Below, in pieces: positions 38,183 to 46,695 of a stretch of DNA of 64,000 nt. The notes beneath the pieces are model-generated. The model had not been told where the DNA came from, did no database searches, and saw only the letters and a list, made by a program, of their open reading frames with translations. The first letter of the stretch is position 1. The number at the start of each line of letters is the position of its first letter. Made by a program: the position numbers and the translations under genes. The stretch is from the IMG/VR virus record IMGVR_UViG_3300032242_000723, positions 62,001 through 126,000 of that record; one strand, given 5' to 3'.

Positions 38183-38354
38183 GGCTAACATAGATGTTCC
38201 TTACGGAGAACTACAGCCAATAGTTGATTGGTGTGAGCGTAACTGCTCCTCAGAATGGTTCTTCATGGAAGATGCGAACAATCAATGGGGTGGATATGAG
38301 TTTGTATTTGAGTCCGATCGGGACTTCGTAGCGTTTTTATTATGGAACAAGTGA
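38154..38354 (+). CDS. small protein of the LRWS-array family
   Basis: IVDWCERN...GGYEFVFESDRDFVAFLLW. Confidence 0.65.
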   Translation: MSISIPTAFKANIDVPYGELQPIVDWCERNCSSEWFFMEDANNQWGGYEFVFESDRDFVAFLLWNK

Positions 38355-38632
38355 TGAAAGAGTTTCTAATCGTTAGGGCGTCAAACAACTTTGATGATAT
38401 CCTTAAGGATCCTAATCTAAAGAAAAAGTTTAGCGCCATTATGCAGTACAACAACAGTCTCCTCGTGCAGATGGATGAGGATGATAGCATTATATCCTAT
38501 GTGCTGCTAAAGTACGGCGAGGACATTGTTGATTTGAACAGTGCTATCCCTGATAGAACTCCCGTTGCAGGTAAAGATTATGCTATTCAACGGAGAGATG
38601 TCAAGGTACGATTTAGTGCTCGGATAAACTGA
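38354..38632 (+). CDS. hypothetical protein
   Basis: TGATG coupling. Confidence 0.55.
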   Translation: MKEFLIVRASNNFDDILKDPNLKKKFSAIMQYNNSLLVQMDEDDSIISYVLLKYGEDIVDLNSAIPDRTPVAGKDYAIQRRDVKVRFSARIN

Positions 38633-38676
38633 TTTTGGGTATTGACATCATTTGATCTGCATGTTATATATGTAGT

Positions 38677-39210
38677 ATGAAGATTACAGAACTCGCAAAA
38701 AGTAAACCCATCGTTTATGTTGACATGGATGGCGTACTTGCCGACTTGTATGGCTACGCTGCTACCCTGCATGATGTAGCACACTACAACGATATGACTC
38801 CTGATCAATGGGAGAAGTTCTTCAAAGAATCAAATGCATATCATCTGTTCCGCGATATTAGTCCATTTCCCAATGCTAATCAGTTACTACAATCAGTTAA
38901 AGATCAATCTGGTGGATATACCATTCTAAGTAGCCCATTGAACTTTGACCGTGAAGGTAGTATCAAGGGAAAATGTGAGTGGCTCAAGAAGTATATCACT
39001 GTTCCTGCTGATAAACATATCTTTGACCATGAAAAGTACAACTACGCTGTTCAACCTAATGGTACACCTAATATCTTGATTGATGATTACGGTCCAAACA
39101 TTGATGCTTGGAATAAAGCCGGTGGTATTGCTTTGAAGTTCCAAAACGATGAAGATAGTTTAGACACATTGCTCAATAGGTTACAAAAGGCTCTAAAGCA
39201 AGATAAATAA
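38677..39210 (+). CDS. HAD-family 5'(3')-deoxyribonucleotidase-like protein
   Basis: YVDMDGVLAD, ILSSP, GKCEWL, ILIDDY..NI..W..AGG. Confidence 0.85.
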   Translation: MKITELAKSKPIVYVDMDGVLADLYGYAATLHDVAHYNDMTPDQWEKFFKESNAYHLFRDISPFPNANQLLQSVKDQSGGYTILSSPLNFDREGSIKGKCEWLKKYITVPADKHIFDHEKYNYAVQPNGTPNILIDDYGPNIDAWNKAGGIALKFQNDEDSLDTLLNRLQKALKQDK

Positions 39211-39232
39211 AGTTATACTTTAGGGATATAAG

Positions 39233-39676
39233 ATGAATACCAGAGACCTTTACCAACGCATTCTTGAGTTGTCACAAGACGACGAGAATACCATTGACCT
39301 ATATGATTCCATTGATTTAGAACTACACGAGAACTTTGTCATTGAGACAGGTGTAGTTGGCTTTATGGAAGATGGCATTATCATTCACCTTGACGAAGAT
39401 GCTATGGAGTTTTTAGACTTCAATGGTGTTTTGTTGGAAGCTGAGTACCAAGGTCATAAGGTCACTTTAGGTAAGCCTATGCAAGGTGATGTAGCCAAAA
39501 GTAAAGTTTATGTCCGAAAGCCAAATGGCAAGGTTGTTAAAGTGAACTTTGGTGACAAGAATATGCGTATTCACAAAAGCAATCCTGCAAGACGCAAGTC
39601 ATTTAGAGCAAGACATCATTGCGAGAATCCTGGACCCCGCTGGAAAGCAAGATACTGGTCTTGCAAAAAGTGGTAA
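39233..39676 (+). CDS. late protein with basic C-terminal domain
   Basis: GATAAATA upstream; KVYVRKPNGKVVKVNFGD...RRKSFRARHHC...ARYWSCKKW. Confidence 0.7.
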   Translation: MNTRDLYQRILELSQDDENTIDLYDSIDLELHENFVIETGVVGFMEDGIIIHLDEDAMEFLDFNGVLLEAEYQGHKVTLGKPMQGDVAKSKVYVRKPNGKVVKVNFGDKNMRIHKSNPARRKSFRARHHCENPGPRWKARYWSCKKW

Positions 39677-39684
39677 GCATATAA

Positions 39685-40320
39685 ATGGCACTCGTATACA
39701 AAATAACCAACTTAGAAAACAAAAAGGTTTACATCGGGTGGACCTCCAAAACGCTTGATCAGCGTTGGAATGCACATGTTCACTGTGCATTGAAAAACCA
39801 AGATAACCGAAAGTTTTATAATGCTATTCGTAAATATAAATTAGAAAGTTGGAAAACAGAAATAATTTGTGAGGTAGAGACAAATGATATCGCCAAGCAA
39901 AAAGAAATAGAATACATTGCCATCTTTGATTCGTATAACAAAGGATACAATGCTACTAAGGGAGGAGATGGTAATAACGGTATAATAATGTCAGCAGAAT
40001 CTAATCTCCGTAGAAGCAAAGCCCTCAAGGGGATTCCTAAATCCGAAGATACTGTACAAAAATTCAAGAACAGAAAATCTACACCTGAAGAAAACCTAAG
40101 GCGGAGTCAATCACATCTTGGTACAAAAAAACCTTGGGTTAAATGGAACAAGGAACAAGTAGCAAAAAGAGCGATGACCAGAAGAAGCCTTACTAAAGAA
40201 CAATTTGATCACATACATCTACTAAGAGACGAAGGATTGTTAATAAGAGAGATTGCTGAAAAGACTAATCTAACTAACGATTTAGTGAAAAAATGGTTGA
40301 AGAGGGTTTGGGATTTATAA
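39685..40320 (+). CDS. GIY-YIG homing endonuclease with NUMOD3-like and HTH-like C-terminus
   Basis: LVYKITN...VYIGWT, RW..H, KEIEYI, GYN.TKGGDG; lacks the 70-nt leader of the other four. Confidence 0.85.
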   Translation: MALVYKITNLENKKVYIGWTSKTLDQRWNAHVHCALKNQDNRKFYNAIRKYKLESWKTEIICEVETNDIAKQKEIEYIAIFDSYNKGYNATKGGDGNNGIIMSAESNLRRSKALKGIPKSEDTVQKFKNRKSTPEENLRRSQSHLGTKKPWVKWNKEQVAKRAMTRRSLTKEQFDHIHLLRDEGLLIREIAEKTNLTNDLVKKWLKRVWDL

Positions 40321-40389
40321 AATGTTTTTAATGCTCAAGGCCACATAAATAATAGTATGACACATTCTATCACGATAGCCTCAGTTTAG

Positions 40390-40578
40390 ATGGCTATGCA
40401 ACCCTCTCAAAATAACATCCGCTACGAAGTCATCACACAATCAGATTCTGAGACTGGTGATGTGATCATTCCTGTTCCTATGGCACTATTGCAAAAGTTA
40501 GGCTGGAAAGAAGGCGACAATGTTGAGATTGATGTAGATGAGAATGGTCAACTATTCTTAAAGAAAGCCGACAAATGA
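40390..40578 (+). CDS. AbrB/MazE-like DNA-binding protein
   Basis: GDVIIPVP..LLQKLGWKEGDNVEI. Confidence 0.75.
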   Translation: MAMQPSQNNIRYEVITQSDSETGDVIIPVPMALLQKLGWKEGDNVEIDVDENGQLFLKKADK

Positions 40579-41030
40579 GCGTTAACAACTTACAACATCC
40601 TACTACTATCACTTTGCCACCTGTCTCCCCTGCCGGAGCAACATATTCAATAAGTGCGGCAGGACCACTAACAACTACATTAGGCACCACAACAGGTACT
40701 AGTGGGATGGTCTTAACCAGCACCGGTGGCAGCATAAACTATACAAACACAATGGTCGGATCCAGTGTTTGGTCGAATCCAAGCTGGACTACTCCTGCTC
40801 CTTCAAACTTACAGGTCGGAGGTGATGCTGATATTAAGGGTAAACTTGTTGTAGGCGGTAAAGATATTGGAGAACTGATTGACAAGATTGAACAACGGTT
40901 AGCCATTCTTCATGTTAATGTAGAGTTAGAAGACAAGTGGAAAGACTTAAAGTCACTCGGTGATCAATATCGGGAACTTGAGAAAGAAATCATTGAAAAA
41001 GAGAAGATGTGGGAAATATTAAACAGATAA
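40575..41030 (+). CDS. hypothetical protein (Thr/Ser/Gly-rich N-terminus, helical C-terminus)
   Basis: ATGA overlap; 151 aa. Confidence 0.65.
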   Translation: MSVNNLQHPTTITLPPVSPAGATYSISAAGPLTTTLGTTTGTSGMVLTSTGGSINYTNTMVGSSVWSNPSWTTPAPSNLQVGGDADIKGKLVVGGKDIGELIDKIEQRLAILHVNVELEDKWKDLKSLGDQYRELEKEIIEKEKMWEILNR

Positions 41031-41036
41031 CTAGTT

Positions 41037-41255
41037 ATGAGTAAGGAAAGTGCATTCAAGATGGAGGGTGAGATTATTGATGTTTTGCCCAACGCTACAT
41101 TTAAAGTCAAGTTGATTGAAAGTGATTTGGTTGTGCTTACCTATGTTTCTGGTAAGATGCGTCAGCATGAGATTCGTATTCTCATGGGGGACAAAGTTTC
41201 GGTGGAAATGAGTCCATATGACCTCTCTAGAGGCCGCATCGTTCGCCGCATGTAA
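41037..41255 (+). CDS. infA: translation initiation factor IF-1
   Basis: [21 protein letters not shown]...[23 protein letters not shown]. Confidence 0.95.
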   Translation: MSKESAFKMEGEIIDVLPNATFKVKLIESDLVVLTYVSGKMRQHEIRILMGDKVSVEMSPYDLSRGRIVRRM

Positions 41256-41269
41256 CGATAAATACTCTT

Positions 41270-41824
41270 ATGTTAGAGTTTATCAAGGTACTTGAAGGTA
41301 AAAGCAAATCTACTGATTTGGAAATAATCCCACTGAACTTCACCAAGCGTGATGTCTCATCCGTTATGAGCGGAGCAACTCTTGACCTGCATTATGATAA
41401 GTTGGCTAAGGGTTATGCTAAGCGTTATAATGAAAAAGAAGGTGATCCGGACTTCAACTATGCGGGTGCGTTCTTACATAATCTTTGGTTCCCACAGTTT
41501 AGAAAAGTCGCATTAAACAATACACCAAACGGTCCTATGAAGGGCTTCATAGATAAGCACTATGGTTCTTTTGACAGTTTCAAGGACAAGTTTGAAGAGA
41601 TAGCGATGAAGATACAAGGCTCAGGTTGGGTCTATCTTGCTTACGATGGTAACATCAAAACAATCAAGAATCATGAAGTCAAGAGTGACATTCTACTGTT
41701 AGTGGACTGGTGGGAGCACTCGTTTGTGCTGGATTATGGCTCAGACAAAAAGGCCTACTTGCGTAACCTTTGGAAGATCATTAACTGGAATGTGATTTCT
41801 ACCAGGTGGGGCAAGTCACTATGA
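41270..41824 (+). CDS. sod: Fe/Mn superoxide dismutase
   Basis: LHY (His ligand 1), FLHN (His 2), QGSGW, DWWEH (Asp/His ligands). Confidence 0.85.
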   Translation: MLEFIKVLEGKSKSTDLEIIPLNFTKRDVSSVMSGATLDLHYDKLAKGYAKRYNEKEGDPDFNYAGAFLHNLWFPQFRKVALNNTPNGPMKGFIDKHYGSFDSFKDKFEEIAMKIQGSGWVYLAYDGNIKTIKNHEVKSDILLLVDWWEHSFVLDYGSDKKAYLRNLWKIINWNVISTRWGKSL

Positions 41825-43773
41825 GAGCAAAAGAGTTTTTACCAGAAGGTGGTTGGGCAAATCCAGTCACACAAAACACTACGATAACTCCTGCACTTGT
41901 AAAGAATGTGTATGAGAAAGTATTGCCTGTATTCATAAAGAAACTCAATGAGCATCTTAAGTCACAAGATTTGCCTGCCGTTGAACTCGGTAGACCATGT
42001 GGTAGCACGACATACTATGAACGAGACTTATTGAGAGATCCTGAACGCGAATACGGCGACATTGATGTCAACATGTTTATCCCTCGCATCGAAGGTATGA
42101 CCAACAATGCTAATGCTGAGATCATCAAGACACAGATTCGTGACTTCTGTGAGAGTAGCCCAGACTTTCAGACCAGCAATGGTACCAATGTTATCTTCCA
42201 AATAGGGAAAGATTATGTTCAAGTTGACTTGATTACCTCTTATCATCATAATAAAGAGTGGGCTAAAGCATTAGCACCTGAATATCAAGTCAAAGGTGTG
42301 TTATGTAACTCACTATATTCCAGCTTAGGTGAAGCACTACAACTCAGCATTGGTAGTGGACATGGTGTTCAGGCTAAGTTACAAAAAGATAAACTTGTAC
42401 CGTTCAAGACAAGCAAAGATGTTGTATTAAAGACTATCACGAACAATCCAAAAACCTGGGCGATTGATATTGCTAAGTTCTTGGGAGCAAAGAAGATGTC
42501 ACCAACATTAAAGAAGTATCCTGGTATGCTTGATGAGATTCGCGTTGCTGATATTGTCAACTCTATCAAAGGCATTGCCGAATCAATAGACGATAATGAA
42601 CTTGTTGATAAGGTTAAGGACATCTACTTGAAGAAGATTCAAGCGGCAATCAACTCATCAAAGTTTGACAAGGCTGCGAGTGCTGGTGCTATTGAAAAAG
42701 CAAACAAGACTAAAGAAGCATTGGCATCTAAATCGGCACAGATTGCTTCATTGTTTGATAGTACACCGTTGTCCGAAGATATTAAATCATCAGGTATAGG
42801 TGCTAAGATTCAATCTCAGTTAGGATTGAAAGCCTTTTATGTGTATGAGAATGGAGACGATATCGTATTAGATTCGTTGATTGTTGGTAAAGATAAGCAA
42901 GGGCAGGGTTTAGGTAGTCAGGCTATGAAGATGCTGACTGACTATGCTGACCAACATGGTAAACGAATCGTGTTGACTCCTGGTTCAAAAGACAAAATAC
43001 ACGGTACCACTTCTCGCAACAGACTTGTTCGCTTCTATAAACAGTTTGGCTTCAAAGAAAACAAAGGCAGAACCATTGATTACGGAATCGGTGCTGGCAA
43101 GATGTTCCGCGAACCTAAACTAAATGAGATGCCACTACCCGTTGATTGGGATCCCGCTGCATTGGGTGCAGGCAAGACCTTCAAGGATCGCCTACAGTAC
43201 GCCCTAGAGCGTGCTAAGAAGATCGGCACTGGGTCAGCAAGAGTCGCGTTCACGATAGACTTCGAGGGGCGTCCTACAGTCTTGAAGGTGGCAAAAAACA
43301 ATAAGGGTCTGGCACAAAATAATGCTGAACTTGGTATACTAGACGATGGATATACAGGTCAACTGGATATCGTTATCCCACTCATTGACTATGACAAAAA
43401 GAACCCATCACCGATTTGGATTCAAACAGAACTTGCTAAGAAGGTAAATGCTAAACGATTAGCACAACTGTTACATTGCACTGATGTCTATGAGTTTTTT
43501 GATTGTGTTTATGATATCATTACCCCAAGAGCAAAACCAACAGTTCCAAGTCGCCTCGAGCAAACAAAACAACGATTGATCGCTAATGGTAAATCTGAGC
43601 AAGATGCAGAACTATTTGGTGAATATGTAGATGATGTTGTTAGACTATTACACGACTCTACCTTAGAGTTTGGAGACTTGCGTCAAATAGCTAACTGGGG
43701 CGAATATCAGGGTAGACCAGTTATCATTGATCTTGGCTTTACTGAAGAAACAAAACATCTTTACGGGCACTAG
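41821..43773 (+). CDS. three-module protein: Pol-beta-type nucleotidyltransferase + GNAT acetyltransferase + kinase-like domain
   Basis: GS...GDIDV...VDL; QGQGLGS..M...RLVRFY..FGF; IGTGSARV, VLKVAK, DL...NWG, IIDLGF. Confidence 0.75.
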   Translation: MRAKEFLPEGGWANPVTQNTTITPALVKNVYEKVLPVFIKKLNEHLKSQDLPAVELGRPCGSTTYYERDLLRDPEREYGDIDVNMFIPRIEGMTNNANAEIIKTQIRDFCESSPDFQTSNGTNVIFQIGKDYVQVDLITSYHHNKEWAKALAPEYQVKGVLCNSLYSSLGEALQLSIGSGHGVQAKLQKDKLVPFKTSKDVVLKTITNNPKTWAIDIAKFLGAKKMSPTLKKYPGMLDEIRVADIVNSIKGIAESIDDNELVDKVKDIYLKKIQAAINSSKFDKAASAGAIEKANKTKEALASKSAQIASLFDSTPLSEDIKSSGIGAKIQSQLGLKAFYVYENGDDIVLDSLIVGKDKQGQGLGSQAMKMLTDYADQHGKRIVLTPGSKDKIHGTTSRNRLVRFYKQFGFKENKGRTIDYGIGAGKMFREPKLNEMPLPVDWDPAALGAGKTFKDRLQYALERAKKIGTGSARVAFTIDFEGRPTVLKVAKNNKGLAQNNAELGILDDGYTGQLDIVIPLIDYDKKNPSPIWIQTELAKKVNAKRLAQLLHCTDVYEFFDCVYDIITPRAKPTVPSRLEQTKQRLIANGKSEQDAELFGEYVDDVVRLLHDSTLEFGDLRQIANWGEYQGRPVIIDLGFTEETKHLYGH

Positions 43774-44112
43774 ATGATAAATACTGATATGATCACATTA
43801 ACAGTATCAGCACAAAATAAAGTCGCTAAGGTGCTAGCAGAAGAAATACCAAATGCAAGACTTAGACTATATGTCTCTGGCAAAGGTTGTGCTGGGATGA
43901 CATATGGCTTTGCTATAGCAGAAGAACTTGAAGAAGGTGATACTGAGATTCAATCAGGTCCAGTTGTCGTAGTGATTGATCCAGAATCAATGCCCTATTT
44001 AAAAGGTGCAATCGTTGATTTTAAAGAGGATTTAACTGGTTCTCGCTTTGCTATAATCAACCCTAATGCCAAGTCCAGTTGTGGTTGCGGAGATAGTTTC
44101 CAGCCTTATTGA
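43774..44112 (+). CDS. iscA: A-type Fe-S carrier (IscA/ErpA, HesB family)
   Basis: GKGCAGMTY, VDF, NPNAKSSCGCGDSF. Confidence 0.9.
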   Translation: MINTDMITLTVSAQNKVAKVLAEEIPNARLRLYVSGKGCAGMTYGFAIAEELEEGDTEIQSGPVVVVIDPESMPYLKGAIVDFKEDLTGSRFAIINPNAKSSCGCGDSFQPY

Positions 44113-44135
44113 TAAATACATCATAAGGACTGAAA

Positions 44136-45254
44136 ATGAGTATATCTGGCAAACAAACAATCAACATTGGCTTACCTAACGAGTCAGTAGGTAGCGATTC
44201 ATTATACACGGCTTTCACAAAGTCACAAACCAACTTTGACACACTTTTTGCATGTGCAAGTCCATATAGTACATTCACTGCTGGTAATGGTATAAATGTC
44301 AACGCTAACTCATCAACTGGCATCGTATCAATAACTAACTCTGGTGTGACAAACATCATTGCTGGTACAAACATCGTTGTCAGCAATGCGAACGGTAATG
44401 TGACTATCTCGTCAACAGGCGGTGGCGGTAGCGGTGGCGGCGGGACAGTCACAAGCGTCGGTGTAACACCAGTGTCAACTGATCGTCTAACCACTACAGG
44501 CTCCCCTGTCATATCATCTGGCAATATTAATATCGATCTTGCTGTAATCGCAAACATCACTCCTGCAACCTATACTAATCCAAATGTAACGATAGATGCA
44601 TATGGTAGAGTAACTGCGGTAAGCAATGGTTCAAGTGCCGGCTCTGTTACAAGTGTAGGATTGACTCCAGGTACTGGTATTCAAATCAACGGTGGACCAA
44701 TCACATCTAACGGAAACATCACTGTAACGAACATCGGTGTGACTCGCGTAACTGCTGGTACTGGTATCTTGGTGTCAGGTAGTAATGGAAATGTTACGAT
44801 CTCTTCAACTTCGTCAGGTGGTACGGTTACTGCGGTTGGAGTATCAAGTGGCTCACTCGTAGTCAGCGGAAGTCCAGTTGTAAACTCTGGTACAATCGTA
44901 GTTGACTTGCCTACATCTGCAACTTTCACCGGATCACTCACTGCGAACACAATGTTCTTACCAGGTAGTCAAGATTTGGCAACAGGTACCGCTGCTAATC
45001 TCGCAGTTACAGCAAGTTACTTTACGACTACGGGTGCAAGCACTGCTACTCTTGCTGCCGGTACTGCTGGCTTGATCAAGACATTCATGATGGTAGCTGA
45101 CGGTGGTGACATGGTTATTACTGTAACTAACGCAGGCTGGAAGACATCTGGTACTGGCACGATCACATTTAACGATATAGGTGATGGCTGCACATTACAA
45201 TACATTAATAGTAAGTGGTATGCAATTGGCATCAACGGCGTAGTCTTCGCATAA
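44136..45254 (+). CDS. baseplate/tail-fibre-like structural protein with Gly/Thr/Val repeats
   Basis: N-terminus KQTINIG.PN...SD.L..AF.K...NF..L resembles T4 gp9/gp10-type starts; three VT[SA]VG repeats; TTGATAAATA upstream. Confidence 0.65.
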   Translation: MSISGKQTINIGLPNESVGSDSLYTAFTKSQTNFDTLFACASPYSTFTAGNGINVNANSSTGIVSITNSGVTNIIAGTNIVVSNANGNVTISSTGGGGSGGGGTVTSVGVTPVSTDRLTTTGSPVISSGNINIDLAVIANITPATYTNPNVTIDAYGRVTAVSNGSSAGSVTSVGLTPGTGIQINGGPITSNGNITVTNIGVTRVTAGTGILVSGSNGNVTISSTSSGGTVTAVGVSSGSLVVSGSPVVNSGTIVVDLPTSATFTGSLTANTMFLPGSQDLATGTAANLAVTASYFTTTGASTATLAAGTAGLIKTFMMVADGGDMVITVTNAGWKTSGTGTITFNDIGDGCTLQYINSKWYAIGINGVVFA

Positions 45255-45273
45255 GAATAATAGGAACACGAGT

Positions 45274-46662
45274 ATGATTGACAGCATTAAAATCACGAGC
45301 CTGACTAATATCGGGCCAAACATCGCGTATAATACGGTTTTTCCGCTAGTCAATACTGCTGGTACACCTGTCACTCAAAAAGGCAATCTTCAGATAATCG
45401 GTAATGTGATTCTCAATGGTGCCGGTGGTGCATATTTTCCACCAGCGGCACAAGCTGTTCTTGCTCAATCAGTAACCAATGCTGCACAACCTAACATCAC
45501 CAGCGTAGGTACTCTTACGAGTCTTAACATAAGCGGAAGAGCCAATTTAGGTAGTGTCGCTAACGTTGCTATCTTAGGTGGAGTTAACGGTCAATATATA
45601 CAAACTGATGGTACTGGCAATCTTGCGTGGGTATCAGGTGGCGGTTCTGGTAACGGCGTTGTTGGTGGTGCAAACACTCAGATTCAGTTTAACAACAGTG
45701 GATCATTTGGCGGTACTACTGGATTAGTTTGGTCAGCTAGTAACACAACGCTTGTCACAACAAACATTGCTGCTGGTACTGTTAAGACAGACAACTATAA
45801 ATACGCAAACGGTGCGACATTCAATGGTACATATAGCAACGCCAATGTAACTGCTTACTTGCCTACATATCTCGGTAATGTTGGTGCAAATACTATCATT
45901 GGTGCAGGCAATCTCAAACTTCAACCAAATGTAGCGAACAGTGATGCATATTTAGACATTTATTTGACTACAGGGCCAGATATTCACATTGCAAGCAACA
46001 GCGAGAATCTAATTTTGGGTCGTGATGGTACTGCTAATGTGACAATTGGTGTCAACGGTACTGTTTCTATTCAAGCAACTACAGGTACTTCGCATGTTTG
46101 GACATTCGGAGCTGATGGTACATTAAACTTACCAGAATCATCAAGTGTAGGTAATTCAATAATACAAACAACTAGTAATATTCAGTTAAATTCTAACAGT
46201 AATACATGGACATTCGGATCTGATGGTAACTTGACACTGCCTGGTGATCTTAAGTCAATACACATGACATCATTGGGTGCTAATGGTCCTGAGATTCAAG
46301 GCGATACCGGTGCTAGTGGGGCAGTGTATGTTCGTGCTAACGCAACAAATGATATGACTGGTCTTCATTTGGACAACGATACAGATGCAATATTATATGG
46401 TAATAGTAATGTAGTTCTTCGTGCTGGTGGACCGGGTGGGCAGGAATTTATATTTAATGAAGCTGGACTCGCATCGGCGATTGCCTTCAAATCATCACCG
46501 AGTCCCTTAGCTGACCTTCAGTTTCCGGGACAGCCCGGCTTACGAGCATTCATCAATGACGCTAACTTAGTAGCAGCAGGAAACTTCGGTGAAATCGTTG
46601 GTGATGGTGGATCAAATGTTGTTCCTATCTTCTATGACGGTACAAACTGGCGGATCGGATAA
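45274..46662 (+). CDS. tail-fibre-like structural protein
   Basis: AQPNITSVGTL, GGANTQIQFNNSG.FGG, WTFG.DG.L.LP repeats. Confidence 0.65.
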   Translation: MIDSIKITSLTNIGPNIAYNTVFPLVNTAGTPVTQKGNLQIIGNVILNGAGGAYFPPAAQAVLAQSVTNAAQPNITSVGTLTSLNISGRANLGSVANVAILGGVNGQYIQTDGTGNLAWVSGGGSGNGVVGGANTQIQFNNSGSFGGTTGLVWSASNTTLVTTNIAAGTVKTDNYKYANGATFNGTYSNANVTAYLPTYLGNVGANTIIGAGNLKLQPNVANSDAYLDIYLTTGPDIHIASNSENLILGRDGTANVTIGVNGTVSIQATTGTSHVWTFGADGTLNLPESSSVGNSIIQTTSNIQLNSNSNTWTFGSDGNLTLPGDLKSIHMTSLGANGPEIQGDTGASGAVYVRANATNDMTGLHLDNDTDAILYGNSNVVLRAGGPGGQEFIFNEAGLASAIAFKSSPSPLADLQFPGQPGLRAFINDANLVAAGNFGEIVGDGGSNVVPIFYDGTNWRIG

Positions 46663-46695
46663 CATTAACCATTAACAAAAATAAGGAAAAACATA

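Noticed and set aside
39685-40320. Fifth member of the leader-bearing endonuclease family
   Set aside because: No GTAGTT/AACTAC leader, no CPHC finger, and it is co-directional with its neighbours.
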